The translations under genes and the position numbers were made by a program. Positions 1-11,129 of a stretch of DNA of 64,000 bases are shown in pieces. A model generated the notes under the pieces. That model searched no databases. It was given only the letters and a program-made list of their open reading frames with translations, and was not told the DNA's origin. The stretch is from Octopus vulgaris (taxonomy: Eukaryota): NCBI GenBank assembly GCA_951406725.2, contig OX597815.1:19034001-19098000 (forward strand), given 5' to 3'. Numbering within the stretch: position 1 is the first letter of the stretch; each line of letters begins with the position of its first letter.

Positions 1-229
1 TCTGCAACTTTTCATCTTTGCACTTCAATGCCTCTGCTGTTATGCCATTATTCCTGAAGCTTTGTCTGCTTTCATCAGATACGTGAATTTTCAATTTCAC
101 AGATGAGCTGGTACTTATTCCAACGTTTATGACGGTGGATGATCAAGCTTTTCTGATGATGTACGGAGGTTGAGTCTTCACTCATGATTTAAAAAGGTTG
201 GTGTAAAAGGTGTTGAATGTCTCTGCCAT
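1..229 (-). mobile_element. Degraded RTE-like LINE ORF2 fragment (region just upstream of the RT core)
   Basis: Minus strand reads, with stops and frameshifts, MAETFNTFYTNLFKS... MKADKAS.. NNGITAEALKC, matching the F-Y-x-x-L-F ... K-A-P-G-x-D-G-I-T-A-E-x-L-K pattern of APE-type LINEs. Runs off the window edge. Confidence 0.55.
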
Positions 230-469
230 CTATTCTATGTCAGTAACCGAAAGTAAGTTATAAATATCCCTGTGTGACTATGCATATATGTATGAATATA
301 CTGGTTATATGTGAATATACATGCTAAGACGGGAAAGGTAAGCAGTAATATATATTTCGAAGATCCTGGAGATCACGGTACCCTGCTTTGGTATCGAAAG
401 TTTTAAAAGCCTGTAGTGCATCAAACCTTCCAAACATGCTGTCGAAAATAAAGACTTGGTGTCAAAAAG

Positions 470-682
470 CGTGGAAATCGAGAAAACACAGCTCCCATGA
501 TTTTCGGAAACATTTTTTCACGCTCAGAGTTGCTGAGGCATGGAATAAACTGCCTGCGTCAGTTGTTGACTGCCATGACACTGCATCCTTTAAGGCCCTT
601 ATGCTTTCCGAAATCCGCCGAAACTACACCTGATCATATATACACTTTAGATGAGTTGTAGTGCACCTGAGCACTGTACACA

Positions 683-764
<82 letters not shown>
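470..764 (+). mobile_element. 5'-truncated CR1/L2-group LINE 3' end with (ATT)n tail
   Basis: ORF 388-633 ends RKHFFTLRVAEAWNKLPASVVDCHDTASFKALM, the FF-x-x-RV-x-x-x-WN-x-LP...FK C-terminal motif of CR1-type ORF2, followed by a ~50 bp UTR and (ATT)n at 683-764. Confidence 0.8.
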
Positions 765-766
<2 letters not shown>

Positions 767-1003
767 AACTTTCCAAAACACATGAAAGATCACCTGGAGT
801 GGGAACGGATATTTTAAGAAGCACCTTGGCCTTCTGTTCTCGAAGGTCTCGGATGAACCTTTTATCACAGCAAGAAATTCATATAGAATAGCAATATTAC
901 ATACACCATTCATTCACCAAATCCAACCACACGAGACTGTCCACTAAAAAGGTGATAGTAATGGTGGCGCCTCAACATGCCCTAGAACATATAACGGAAA
1001 GAA

Positions 1004-1051
<48 letters not shown>

Positions 1052-1057
1052 TATATA

Positions 1058-1440
1058 GGTGCAGGAATGGTTGTGTGGTATGTAGCTTGCTTACCATCTA
1101 CATGGTTCCAGATTCAGTCCACTGCATGGTACCTTGGGCAAGTAACAACTACAGCAAGGGTCGACCAAAGACTTGTGAGTGGATTTGGTATATGAAAACT
1201 GAAAGAAGCCCGTCGTATATATGTATCTTTGTGTGTCTGTGTTTGTCCCTCCCCACCATCACTTGACTACCGACGTTGATGTGTTTACGTCTCCGTAAAT
1301 TAGCGGTTCGGCAAGAAGAGACCGATAGAATAAGTACTAGGCTCACAAAAATTAAGTCATGGGGTCGATGAGTTCGACTAAAGGCGGTGCTCCAGCATGG
1401 CTGCAATCAAATGAATGAACCAAATAAAAGAATAAAAGAA
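1058..1440 (+). mobile_element. SINE family B (tRNA-derived, CORE-like; resembles octopus OR-type SINEs), near full length
   Basis: tRNA-like head (A-box-like tggttgtgtggta, B-box-like ggttccagattcagtccc), CORE-like accttgggcaagt, internal TA/TG tract, ataaaaga tail. Many other copies in the window. Confidence 0.8.
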
Positions 1441-1590
1441 TATATTAAACATATGGATGTATGCCCTTCTTGATACAAACATACCTATGGCTTGATAAAT
1501 TGATAGATAAATATGTGTAACTGAAAATATATTGAGAAAGTGCGAAATCGCTCGTTCTTTAGTTTAGTTTACAGATATTTCTGAACTATT

Positions 1591-1805
1591 CTTTTATTTT
1601 CTGAATTGTTTCAGTCATTTGACTGCGACTGCGTTGGAGTAATGCCTTTAGTCGAGCAAATCGACCCCAGGACTTATTCTTTGTAAGCCTAGTACTTATT
1701 CTATCGGCTCTCTTCTTACCGAATCGCTAAGCTACTGGGACTTAAACACACCAATATCAGTGTCAAGCGACGGTGGTGGGACAAACACAGACACACAAAT
1801 ACATA
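1591..1805 (-). mobile_element. SINE family B, 3' half
   Basis: Reverse complement of about 1230-1440 (gtttcagtcatttgactgc...agtcgagcaaatcgaccccaggacttattctttgtaagcctagtacttattctatcgg...gacaaacacagacacaca). Confidence 0.8.
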
Positions 1806-1989
1806 TATACATCTATCTAGCTAGATACATAGAAAATTCTATATGAATTAACTCAGAAATCGGGGCCGATTCGATAATAACGAAATGTTTTGGAAATTTC
1901 TGTCGGCTTCCTTCGAGACGCGTGCTTATAGTGATGAATTATATGGTTATATGGCACTGGAATTTTTTCTTTTGCCCTCGTTTAGAAGT

Positions 1990-2193
1990 TACCGCGTGTG
2001 TACCGTTGGCGATTTTTTTTCCTCTGTCTTCCCTTCTTTGAAATCTTTACTTTTCCTATGTTTCTGACGAAGAGCTCGGCTCGAAACGTTAAACCCTCCT
2101 TCTTTCCTTCTTGCCTGAGCGTTCAATAATACTATACTTGTTCCACGTCCTCGCGTTGTTGTGCTTTCCCTTTGTGTTTTCACGTTTGGATTA

Positions 2194-2200
<7 letters not shown>
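1990..2200 (+). mobile_element. Short dispersed repeat carrying a minimal hammerhead motif (probable Penelope-like terminal repeat)
   Basis: Similar to 37170-37352 (gagc..gctcgaaacgt..., cctgagcgtt...). Both copies end against a (TA)n tract. Confidence 0.55.
2060..2094 (+). ncRNA. Minimal type I hammerhead-ribozyme-like motif
   Basis: gttt-CTGACGA-a-GAGC(tcg)GCTC-GAAAC-GT-T-aaac: intact core, 4-bp stem II, palindromic ACGT stem III, 4-bp stem I. Confidence 0.6.
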
Positions 2201-2241
<41 letters not shown>

Positions 2242-2339
2242 TTTTGTAATACAAACAGGAAGTATAAATCAGAACACGAGTCGTTATAGTTACTCGTATA
2301 AGTTAGAAAATGAACTCAATGACGAGAATTTCTGCACTG

Positions 2340-2381
2340 TCACGTTGACAAGTGCCAGTGCACGAAACGTCCGGTCCATGA
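2340..2381 (+). ncRNA. Degenerate type I hammerhead-like motif
   Basis: tcacg-tTGACaA-GTGC(cagt)GCAC-GAAAC-gtccg-GTC-catga. Two transitions in the CUGANGA box; stem II and the GUC site are intact. Confidence 0.5.
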
Positions 2382-2880
2382 GTCACTTCGAATTTTTTTG
2401 ACGATGAAATAAATACACGTACTTATTCATATATACACACACTCGTATGTGTGTCAATAGCTGAATGCTATCCGTTCAAATACACAGGGAAAGACTAAGA
2501 CAATAATAAATTGTAGAAGTGAAGTATGAGAAAATGAGATGGTGAAAAGATAAATAGAAACATATTTTTTAGCGGCCATATATTTGCAAGCTGATTCTTG
2601 TTAAAATCTTCCTTCATAACATTACTGTGCCCCGACTTTAGTTTCAATTGATACTTAGTATTTGCGTATTTTTTTGTATTTCTTCTCATTTTGTAACTTA
2701 TGACTGTTGAGCATTTCTACGGTATCCACTTTATCAAATTGACTTCTTTAACACAGCAAGTGATGTGTCATTTAAAATGTCTTCGTTCTTGGGAACCAAT
2801 TCAAACTTGACAACAATAACTTACGTTTAAAGAGCTCCATTAGCAAACATAGACATAACTAGAGAAAAAGGAAGATACTA

Positions 2881-2945
2881 AGCGGTCACTCGACTGGTTA
2901 GAAATAACAGCTACATCACTCTGAAATCTAACCTCTTGTCATAAA
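2881..2945. repeat. Old dispersed repeat (ctgctagaaataacagccaaat-like core); other copies at ~8455-8520, ~19515-19555 and inverted at ~20180-20220
   Basis: Shared degenerate motif (c/g)tagaaa(t/c)aacagc..aa.t...ctc.aaat seen at four loci. Confidence 0.4.
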
Positions 2946-3195
2946 ATGGGCAAATTAGGCTTGCCATATAAAAGAGCAGATGGAGTTAAATACTAAGTCA
3001 TACATTATAGATTTGCTCTTTCAGAGATGACCTGGATCCAGGCAGTAATAAAATGGCAACACACTGAGGCAAATTTTCAACGTACACAAATGCATGCATA
3101 TACCTGTTTTATTTGTACCTCTCCCTCTCTCTCTCTCTCTTTCTCTTTGTTCCTGCGTGTATTTGTGTTTATACTGGTGAACGTGGCATCATTGT

Positions 3196-3408
3196 GCGGC
3201 GAGCTGGCAGAATCGGTAGCACGCCGGACGAAATAATTAGCGGTATTTCTATCATCGCTACGTTCTGAGTTCAAATTCCGCCGAGGTCGACTTTGCCTTT
3301 CATCCTTTCGGGGTCGATAAATTAAGTACCAATGAAACACTGGGGTCGTTGTAATCGACTAGTCCCAAAGGCCCAGATTTCAGGTCTTGTGCCTTTAGTA
3401 GAAACGAT
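3196..3408 (+). mobile_element. SINE family A (tRNA-derived), monomer
   Basis: ggcgagctggcagaatcg..agcacgccgg...gagttcaaattccgccgaggtcgactttgcctttcatcctttcggggtcgataaattaagtacc; A/B-box-like head; more than 10 copies in the window. Confidence 0.85.
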
Positions 3409-3547
3409 TGCTCTAATCTTTTATTTCTGAATTCAAATCTCGCCGAAAGTTAATTTTACATTTTATCTGACTGCTCCATTCCTCTAAATTTGACGCTGTG
3501 AACCCATGTTATGAAACTATGTTATATTTTTTTATATTATTAGTAAC

Positions 3548-3637
3548 ATAACCGCTTCTATTTTATATTCTGGGTTCCAATCTATCCAAGCTATAACCGC
3601 TTCTATTTTATATTCTGGGTTCCAATCTATCCAAGCT
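3548..3637 (+). repeat. Perfect 45-bp tandem duplication within a degraded SINE A copy
   Basis: ataaccgcttctattttatattctgggttccaatctatccaagct x2. Confidence 0.85.
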
Positions 3638-3952
3638 ACACTCAGCCTTATATTCTTCCTCGATCGTTAAAATAAGCACTAATCAAATACTGAGATCGAT
3701 ATAATCGATTGCATTCTCAGCACAGAATTTCCATCCATTTGCGGATGTGAGGAACTATTTTAGATTTTTCTCAAATCTAGAAGCCTACTGTCGCATTCCT
3801 TATTCCAGATTCGAAAAAGTATGATACCAAAAAATCGGGCTATCATAATTTTCGACGCTTTTCTCGCAAAACGTGTAGCCTTCTGCCTACCGCAGAAAAT
3901 ATTATTACGGCATGCCACCTCAAATTCATTGACATTGCTTTAAAGTTTAGGA

Positions 3953-4003
<51 letters not shown>
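3953..4003. repeat. (ATC)n microsatellite
   Basis: Directly visible. Confidence 0.95.
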
Positions 4004-4004
<1 letters not shown>

Positions 4005-4038
4005 GTTATTATTGCTGAGATTATTATCAATTTCCCTA

Positions 4039-4460
4039 AAGCCGTGTGCTGGCAGAATCGTTAGCAAGCTGAGCAAAATGCTCAGCAGCATTTCGTGTCT
4101 TGACGTTCTGAGTTCAAATTCCGCCTAGGCTGGCTTTGCCTTTCATCCTTTCAGAGCCAATGAAATAAGTACCAGTTACGTACTGTGGTCGATATAATTG
4201 ACAAGACCCTACACCAAAATCTCAGGCCTTGTGCCTGTAGTAGAAAGGATTATTATTAATTTTTACTAAGTCAGAATCCCTTGCACGCTGGGCAAAATGC
4301 TTTGCGACATTTCGTTCCTTATGAGTTCAAATTCCGCCATGGTTGACTTTGCTTTTTATCGTTTTGGGGCGGTAAAATATCTATCAGTTGAACACGAATG
4401 TCGATGGAATCGACTTACACCCTCCGATATTGCTGGCCTTGTGCTAATACTTAAAAACAT
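4039..4460 (+). mobile_element. Two adjacent SINE family A copies (4039-4257 and ~4268-4460)
   Basis: Each has gagttcaaattccgcc...tttgc(c/t)ttt(c/t)atc... and a ggccttgtgc tail. Confidence 0.75.
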
Positions 4461-4601
4461 AATCAATAATTTACAATTGTTTTCCTATTATACATTAATA
4501 TTTCCCATGTTCATTTCTATATTTGTTTATATTAATTATAGATTCTTTTGACACAGTTCTCGGTTGAAATCACTTATTTCAGTCAGAAATCCTTTCAGAC
4601 T

Positions 4602-4637
<36 letters not shown>

Positions 4638-5734
4638 TTCAAAATGTGCTATATATATATATATATATGGCATAGTTTGAAAGGTTGTAACCTTTCTTTC
4701 CGTTTTGCATGTGAGATTTCGTGACAACATTGAACGATTAATAGTTATTTTTCTCCTTCATGTTGCCTTGAAATTAATATATTTATATGCTGAAATCAAT
4801 TCAGACAACTACTAGATATTATCACATGCTGGATGTTATATGGTATTTCTCTATGCTAAAACACACTTGCATACACACATATATACATGCATAGTACATC
4901 TATATGTCTATGTGTGTGTGTGCGACATACACACACACACATATGATAACAAAATATTAATATTCAGGACAGGATCCGATAGAATCAGGCATTTAAATAG
5001 TAAAAGTACCAAGGTAAAGTAAATACGATTTTCTTATTCCAGTTATGCACACATTCACAATTACTGACAGAATCTACAACGTGTATTCAAAGTTTTACAA
5101 GGGTACACTCACTGCACATATTCCACAACCGTCTAGGGGTTATAGATACAAACACATGGAAGGTTCCGTGTTAGGCGAACAATAAACAATATGACGGGTT
5201 GAGGTTCCCTTCAGCTATTCCAGACTTATATTATATTGATGAACAAAAGTGTTACATCATGCAAAAAATAGCTTTCCTGCGGGTGAATAAGTAGTAAAAT
5301 CTAACACTTAGACTTTCGCACTAAACAGAACATAACGCAAATTGACCCTAACAATCAGGTTACAGCTGGGAAAGGGTATAGCGGAAGCTATTACGGAGTA
5401 TATATATTTATGTTGATACATTAATGAATTCGTTCGAGGGCCCAGAATAAGGAAAGGAAGAATGAGGAGATATAGGAGAGAGATGGAGAGAGAAAAGAAG
5501 GGAAAACGAAAAAAAAGAATAAAAGACGAATTCCCATCACTTGAAGGATTATATCAAAGGGTTTTTAAGACTAACGGCCGAACGGGCAATATACTTGGTC
5601 ATCATTAACAGGTAATAAGATAAACTAGAGATTGTAGATAAAATTAACGTCGTGCGTGATAAAGCTGATTTGAGAGATATGTTTCAGGCAGACAACAAAA
5701 GAGTTATGAAAGAGGTGTTATATATATATATATC

Positions 5735-5918
5735 AGCCGAGCAGGAAGACTCGTTAGCACGTCAGGCAATATGCTTAGTGGCATTTCGCATGTCTTTATG
5801 TTCTGAGTTCAAATTCTGCCGAGGTCGGTTATGACTTTCATCCTTGGGGGAGGGCATAAAATAAGTACCATGTGAACACTAGGGTCAATGTAATTGCCTT
5901 ATCCCCTCCTCCGAATGT
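5735..5918 (+). mobile_element. SINE family A copy with a Merlin-like element at its 3' end
   Basis: gttagcacgtcaggcaatatgcttagtggcatttcg...gagttcaaattctgccgaggtcg. Confidence 0.7.
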
Positions 5919-6731
5919 GTAACTGTTCAGTTTAGGGATGTTAAAAAAGTAAATAAACATTAAAGGGGAGATAACTAGTAAAGAGACGTAAGTCGACTTA
6001 AATTTTGTAGTAAGGTAACATGGCGAATTACAATTTTCGCAGGTGTATAAATTAATAATTAGTTGACTCCGTGCCAACCACTCAAGAATTTTGTCTTGTT
6101 ATTCGGCTAATTGTGGAGGCGCAATGGCCCAGTGGTTAGGGCAGCGGACTCGCGGTCATAGGATCGCGGTTTCGATTCCCAGACCGGGCGTTGTGAGTGT
6201 TTATTGAGCGAAAACACCTAAAAGCTCCACGAGGTTCCGGCAGGGATGGTGGTGATCCCTGCTGTACTCTTTCACCACAACTTTCTCTCACTCTTACTTC
6301 CTGTTTCTGTTGTACCTGTATTTCAAGGGGCCGGCTTTGTCACTCTCTGTGTCACGCTGAATATCCCCGAGAACTACGTTAAGGGTGCACTTGTCTGTGG
6401 ATTGCTCAGCCACTCACACGTTAATTTCACGAGCAGGCTGTTCCGTTGATTCGGATCAGCCGGAACCCTCATCGTCGTAACCGACGGAGTGCTTCCAGTT
6501 TATTCGGCTAATTGGGTGATATTTCAAGATTCTTCCAAGATCGATTCACGGTTGAGGATTTCACTTTCAGAAAAAATGAAATTCGGTCCCGCTGGTCTTC
6601 CAGATGCCATTCTGATCAATTCCAAAGTAAATAATATCCAGTATTTATGTTGACTTATGTATGTCCCTTTACTAGTTATCGCCCCCTTAATTTTTATTTA
6701 CCTTTTTGATATCCTAAACTGAACAATTACC
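5919..6731 (-). mobile_element. Merlin (IS1016/ISXO2-like) internal-deletion DNA transposon with ~85 bp TIRs
   Basis: 5919-6003 (gtaactgttcagtttagggatgttaaaaaagtaaataaacattaaaggggagataactagtaaag...) is an imperfect inverted copy of 6643-6731 (reverse complement ggtaattgttcagtttaggatatcaaaaaggtaaataaaaattaagggggcgataactagtaaag...). Flanks ccgaatgt/ctgaattt (6/8) resemble an 8-bp TSD. The interior encodes an N-terminal WLARSQLIINLYTCENCNSPCYL zinc-ribbon-like segment. Confidence 0.65.
6114..6499 (+). mobile_element. Full-length tRNA-derived SINE (family C) with perfect 15-bp TSD
   Basis: Head tggcccagtggttagggc...ggtttcgattccc (A/B boxes); TSD ttattcggctaattg at 6099-6113 and 6500-6514. Confidence 0.9.
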
Positions 6732-6977
6732 CTGAATTTCGAAATGTGTGAAATGATGGAATAGCTGAAACGCAAATGAGATCCCCTTCGGATATTTACC
6801 GAGATAAAAGCTAATTAATGAGTTTACCTAGAAAATGGACTGAAATATTGATCACATGTGCCAAGTGCGGAAATTTATTGTCTGCACAAGGGGATGAGAG
6901 CTCATATTTTATTTCCAATTACAGTCAAACCTTACACAGGATGTGATAATAAATAGTTGATGACAGACCAAGCAAAA

Positions 6978-6980
<3 letters not shown>

Positions 6981-7065
<85 letters not shown>
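6981..7065. repeat. (GA)n microsatellite
   Basis: Directly visible. Confidence 0.95.
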
Positions 7066-8547
7066 CATGAGAAACTCTATTTAAATAATTGGTTTTAACA
7101 TATGTTCATTTATAGAATATTATGGATGACTCGTTAGTTTGAGAAAAGGAATGGATTGTTGTTTGTTTAAAATAAAATATGTATTATCCTACCTGCTGTG
7201 TGAGCAACAAGTATAAGATGCTAATTCATCTTACAAGGAAGATGCATGCGCATCTAGGACGTGCATACATTTCCACTAGCAAAACTGCGTTTGATGTAAA
7301 TATTTTATTTGGTTTGTTTTAGACGAGGAAATTTCGGAGAGAGAGACAAAGAGGGAGGAAGGGGGGAAAATAACGAGAAAGACAGAGAGGGGACGGAGAA
7401 ATGCTATCGAGTTTCAATATTCTATTAATGTCTTTATATGGTCTGTTTTCTTTCAGTTAATTTCAAACATAACGCGAATTGTTTGACTGAGAAAACTTGA
7501 AAATATTTACACAGTTAGTTCTCTCCTTTATTGAACTACGATCTTTTGTCAAAAATATAGCCTTAGCATATTATGTAAACTCTAACTAATCTTATTTTTA
7601 TATATGAAAGGTTGTATTGTGACGGAATATTAGTCGCATAATTTAATTTGTTATCTTTGAAGTGTTGCAAGAAGCAATATATGTACAACAGAGTTGAGAC
7701 ATAGTGACGGTGTTTGAAACAATTACGTTGCTTGGTGTATTTGAATATCAATCAGTAAAGTGTACTAATATTTAATTTTGCAAGCAGACGTTTATGCCAT
7801 ATTTTAACAATCATTTTTATATGAACATGGTTGGACAAATGAAAGAGAACTTAACTTATCTATTCTCCTGCGCAAATTATTCTAGTAAAATTATACTGGA
7901 ATTGATAATAACGTTCATGATTCGATCAAGCAGAGGAAATACGGAGCAAGTAATATAAACTGAATTTAGATAGTTTTTTGTACGATACCACAAGACATGA
8001 TAATCACATTCTCAAAAGAAGAATACATGTGACGAAAATTCTCACAATGTACTTATTTGAGAAAATATATTACTACATTTGGCCCAAGAGCTAAATCTTG
8101 CAGTTCAATTATTCAAGGTTTACTGTCCGGTGCACTTCTGTCGTGCCTCATATTTAACTATGAAAAAAAGAAAAGAAAAGAAAAGAGCATGGAATTGTTT
8201 CTTTCTTCTTCTAGTTCCGAGCATGCAAACTTAAACAGAATATCACAAGTTAAGTTATAAAAACGTCTTTACAATAACTTTGCTTGTGATGATAGAAATA
8301 GATATGAGTAAATAAGTTAACTAAAATGTTAATTAGCTAGAACACAGTTACAGCAACAGAAACCTCGAATTATCTTTCTGTGCAGTTTCATACTATACCG
8401 GACCAGATAATTGCCTATGTACCGTCAACTATTGGAGCTGTCAAAGAGGTCTGTGTATCGTCGACCGACCTGCTAGAAATAACAGTCAAATCCCCATTTT
8501 GAATTATGTCTTACTGTCTTGGAGAAAGCAGCACATATTTACATATG

Positions 8548-8916
8548 AAATTTTGTAGTTAGGTAACATGGCGAATTACAATTTTCGCACGCGTATAAAT
8601 TCATAATTAATCGACTCCGTGCCAACCACTGAAGAATCTTGTCTTGTGATTCAGCTAATTGGGTGATATTTCAAGATTCTTCCAAGATTGATTCACGGTT
8701 GAGGATTTCACTTTCAGAAAAAATGAATTGCGGTTCCGCTGGTCTTCCATGTGCCATTCTGATCAATTCCAAAGTAAATTATATCCAGTATTTATGTTGA
8801 CTTATGTATTTCCCTTTACTAGTTATCGCCCCCTTAATTTTTATTTACCTTTTTGATATCCTAAACTGAACAATTACCCTGAATTTCAAAATGTGTGAAA
8901 TGATGGAATTGCTGAA
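8548..8916 (-). repeat. Local duplicate of the Merlin-like element (one TIR plus transposase 5' end), lacking the SINE C insertion
   Basis: High similarity to 6000-6113 joined to 6515-6769. Minus-strand reading frame 8757-8539: MAHGRPAEPQFIFSESEILNRESILEES*NITQLAESQDKILQWLARSRLIMNLYACENCNSPCYLTTKFHM*. Confidence 0.85.
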
Positions 8917-10288
8917 GGCGGCTGTGTATGAATGAAAAAAAGAATCTTTGATCATAGATCTGTTGAGGACTTGCTAAGTAGTAGTAGCAGCTGCAGCAGA
9001 GGGTGATTAAAGGTTATTTTTCTATTGAGTCTGATTAAAATGACGAGTTGACCAAGAGAGTTTTTGTAAGGGTGGTACGAGTCCAACTAGCCCCAGAAGA
9101 GCAAAAGCCGCTACAGTACCAGTGGAAAAGGCAAAGAGAGTATTTGTGTGTGTAGCAGCACCATACAAGATGTGTTTTCTATACTTGTTAGAGGTTGAAG
9201 TACCTTGTGATCTCGAAGAGATGTTTCTCGTCAGCAGTTCATTTTAAAGAAAATGTTTCATATATAAAACTAGTGGATTTTTTTTTTCATTCTTTATATT
9301 ATATAATACTAGACACATTTTCTGATTATCGACTGCTTTCGATGCCATTTTTAAAAGAATTGAGACTTTTATTTTTGCTTGTTTGAAATTTACTTCGATA
9401 ATAACATACGCTCTTTAACTATTAAGAAAAATTGCTGAAATATATTAATTTCAAATATAGAAAATTCTAACGCATAAATTCATTCGAATTAATACAGTTA
9501 TATAGTTCTAATGAATAGATTAATTTAATTTCACTAGTAACCTTAGTGTATATGGTGACATGACGTCCCACAAAACTATTAATTGTATTTGATTCAACTT
9601 TCTTGTGGAAACATCGAGGAAAAGACAATAAGATAATTTTTAATTACTCAAAATCCGATGAAAATTACGTTCATTTGTTATATTGTGAATTACATTAATT
9701 TGATATTTTTTGAATATCGTACATAATTGCATCAATTCAAAGTATTTATTTATTAAATATATAAGAACAGATCTTCTTTCCTTCTCTTTCCTTGTCTTTC
9801 CCCATATCTCTCTCAGTTTCTCTTTATCACCATTCCTTCCTCTGTTGCTCGCTCCGTTTCTTTATTTATCATAATTTTATACGCATGAATTATAACAGGC
9901 ATGTTTCTTGACATTTTAAAAACGTGAGTAGTCTCCCAGTTTAATGTCATTCATGAATGACATTCACTGATAAATTTATGTCAATTACATACGAACGTTG
10001 AATCAACAACTTGTGTTTGAATGATTGTATCGGTCTTTAAAATTGGTCTGACTCTTCAATTGCAGTGGCTGCATGCGCTTAGCATGATAACCACAAAGAT
10101 ATTTACCTAACTAGGATATCAGTTAAGTCGTCATGAAGAAATAATTCAATATCATTTAGAATTTCTGCATTATAAATAAAATAAAATAAATTTGGATGAT
10201 TTTAATATCTATGCAGAATTTCAAAGGGAAATGCTGCCGTTGAATTTACAGGTTGCCTTAGACTGACGATGGCCATATGGTTGATATT

Positions 10289-10501
10289 TTTTTCAAAGTT
10301 TTATATAAGGCCAGTAATTCTTGGGAAGTGTGTAAGTCCATTCCATCGACCCCAGTGCTCATCTAGTAATTATTTCATCCAACCCGGTATGATGAGAGGC
10401 AAAGTTGCGTGTGGCGGCATTTGAACTCAGACGTAAATTCGGAAAAATGCTTCTAATCATTTTGTCCGAAGCAGTAACGATTTTCCTAGCTCCTCACTTT
10501 A
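10289..10501 (-). mobile_element. SINE family A with 16-bp TSD
   Basis: Reverse-complement SINE A motifs; ccat(a/g)tggttgatatt at 10273-10288 and 10502-10517. Confidence 0.75.
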
Positions 10502-11129
10502 CCATGTGGTTGATATTAACATTAGATTAGTACATTTTGGAAAGTGTGGAACAGGAGGAAGATGCGAGTGCTGAAGCCAATTAGGACATCATAGTACTTA
10601 CTACATGACTACTTCACTGGACCAAACAAATGAAATAGAAAGCTAGTAGGTTTTGTCCAAATGGTACACGAGGGGGACTCAGATCAACTTATCTTACTGA
10701 TTGCCTGTTTTGTTACCAATGGTATTTGTGATCGAGCATTGTAATGAGAAATATGGACCGTCTTCAGATTCCTGTATGTCACTCACTCAAGTAATGTCTC
10801 TAAATGTATCCCTTGCCGTTCACAGTAGAGCTACGTTCCGTGACATCCTAAAACAAAAAGGGCATTTAACCATAACTTCTGGTGACAATCGCCGACTCTT
10901 GAACATTTGAGATTTTGGAGAAAAGGGATGTATCACTCCATGGATTGAACTTTCGATTTTGGATCATACAGATATATTTCATCCTTGACACAAGATCGAA
11001 ATAAATGTCTTCACTGGCTTCAAATGCTTCTAACAGATCAGAGCAAAAACACCCTTCTTCTTCTCCTTTCAGTTGAGAGTCAGCTTTCAAGCCACTCAGT
11101 TTACACACACGTTTTATTTAACCCAAAGT

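Noticed and set aside
6114-6190. tRNA gene (similar heads at 38116, 23694 and 16060)
   Set aside because: tRNA-like A/B boxes continue into SINE bodies, with a TSD at 6114, and there is no convincing cloverleaf or terminator.
7193-7270. Signal-peptide-like first exon on - (MYARPRCACIFLVR*ISILYLLLTQQ|gtagga)
   Set aside because: In-frame TGA with no evidence for recoding or partner exons.
9205-9233. Hammerhead-like CUGACGA...GAGA on -
   Set aside because: Weak stem II, altered GAAA box, and no credible stems I or III.
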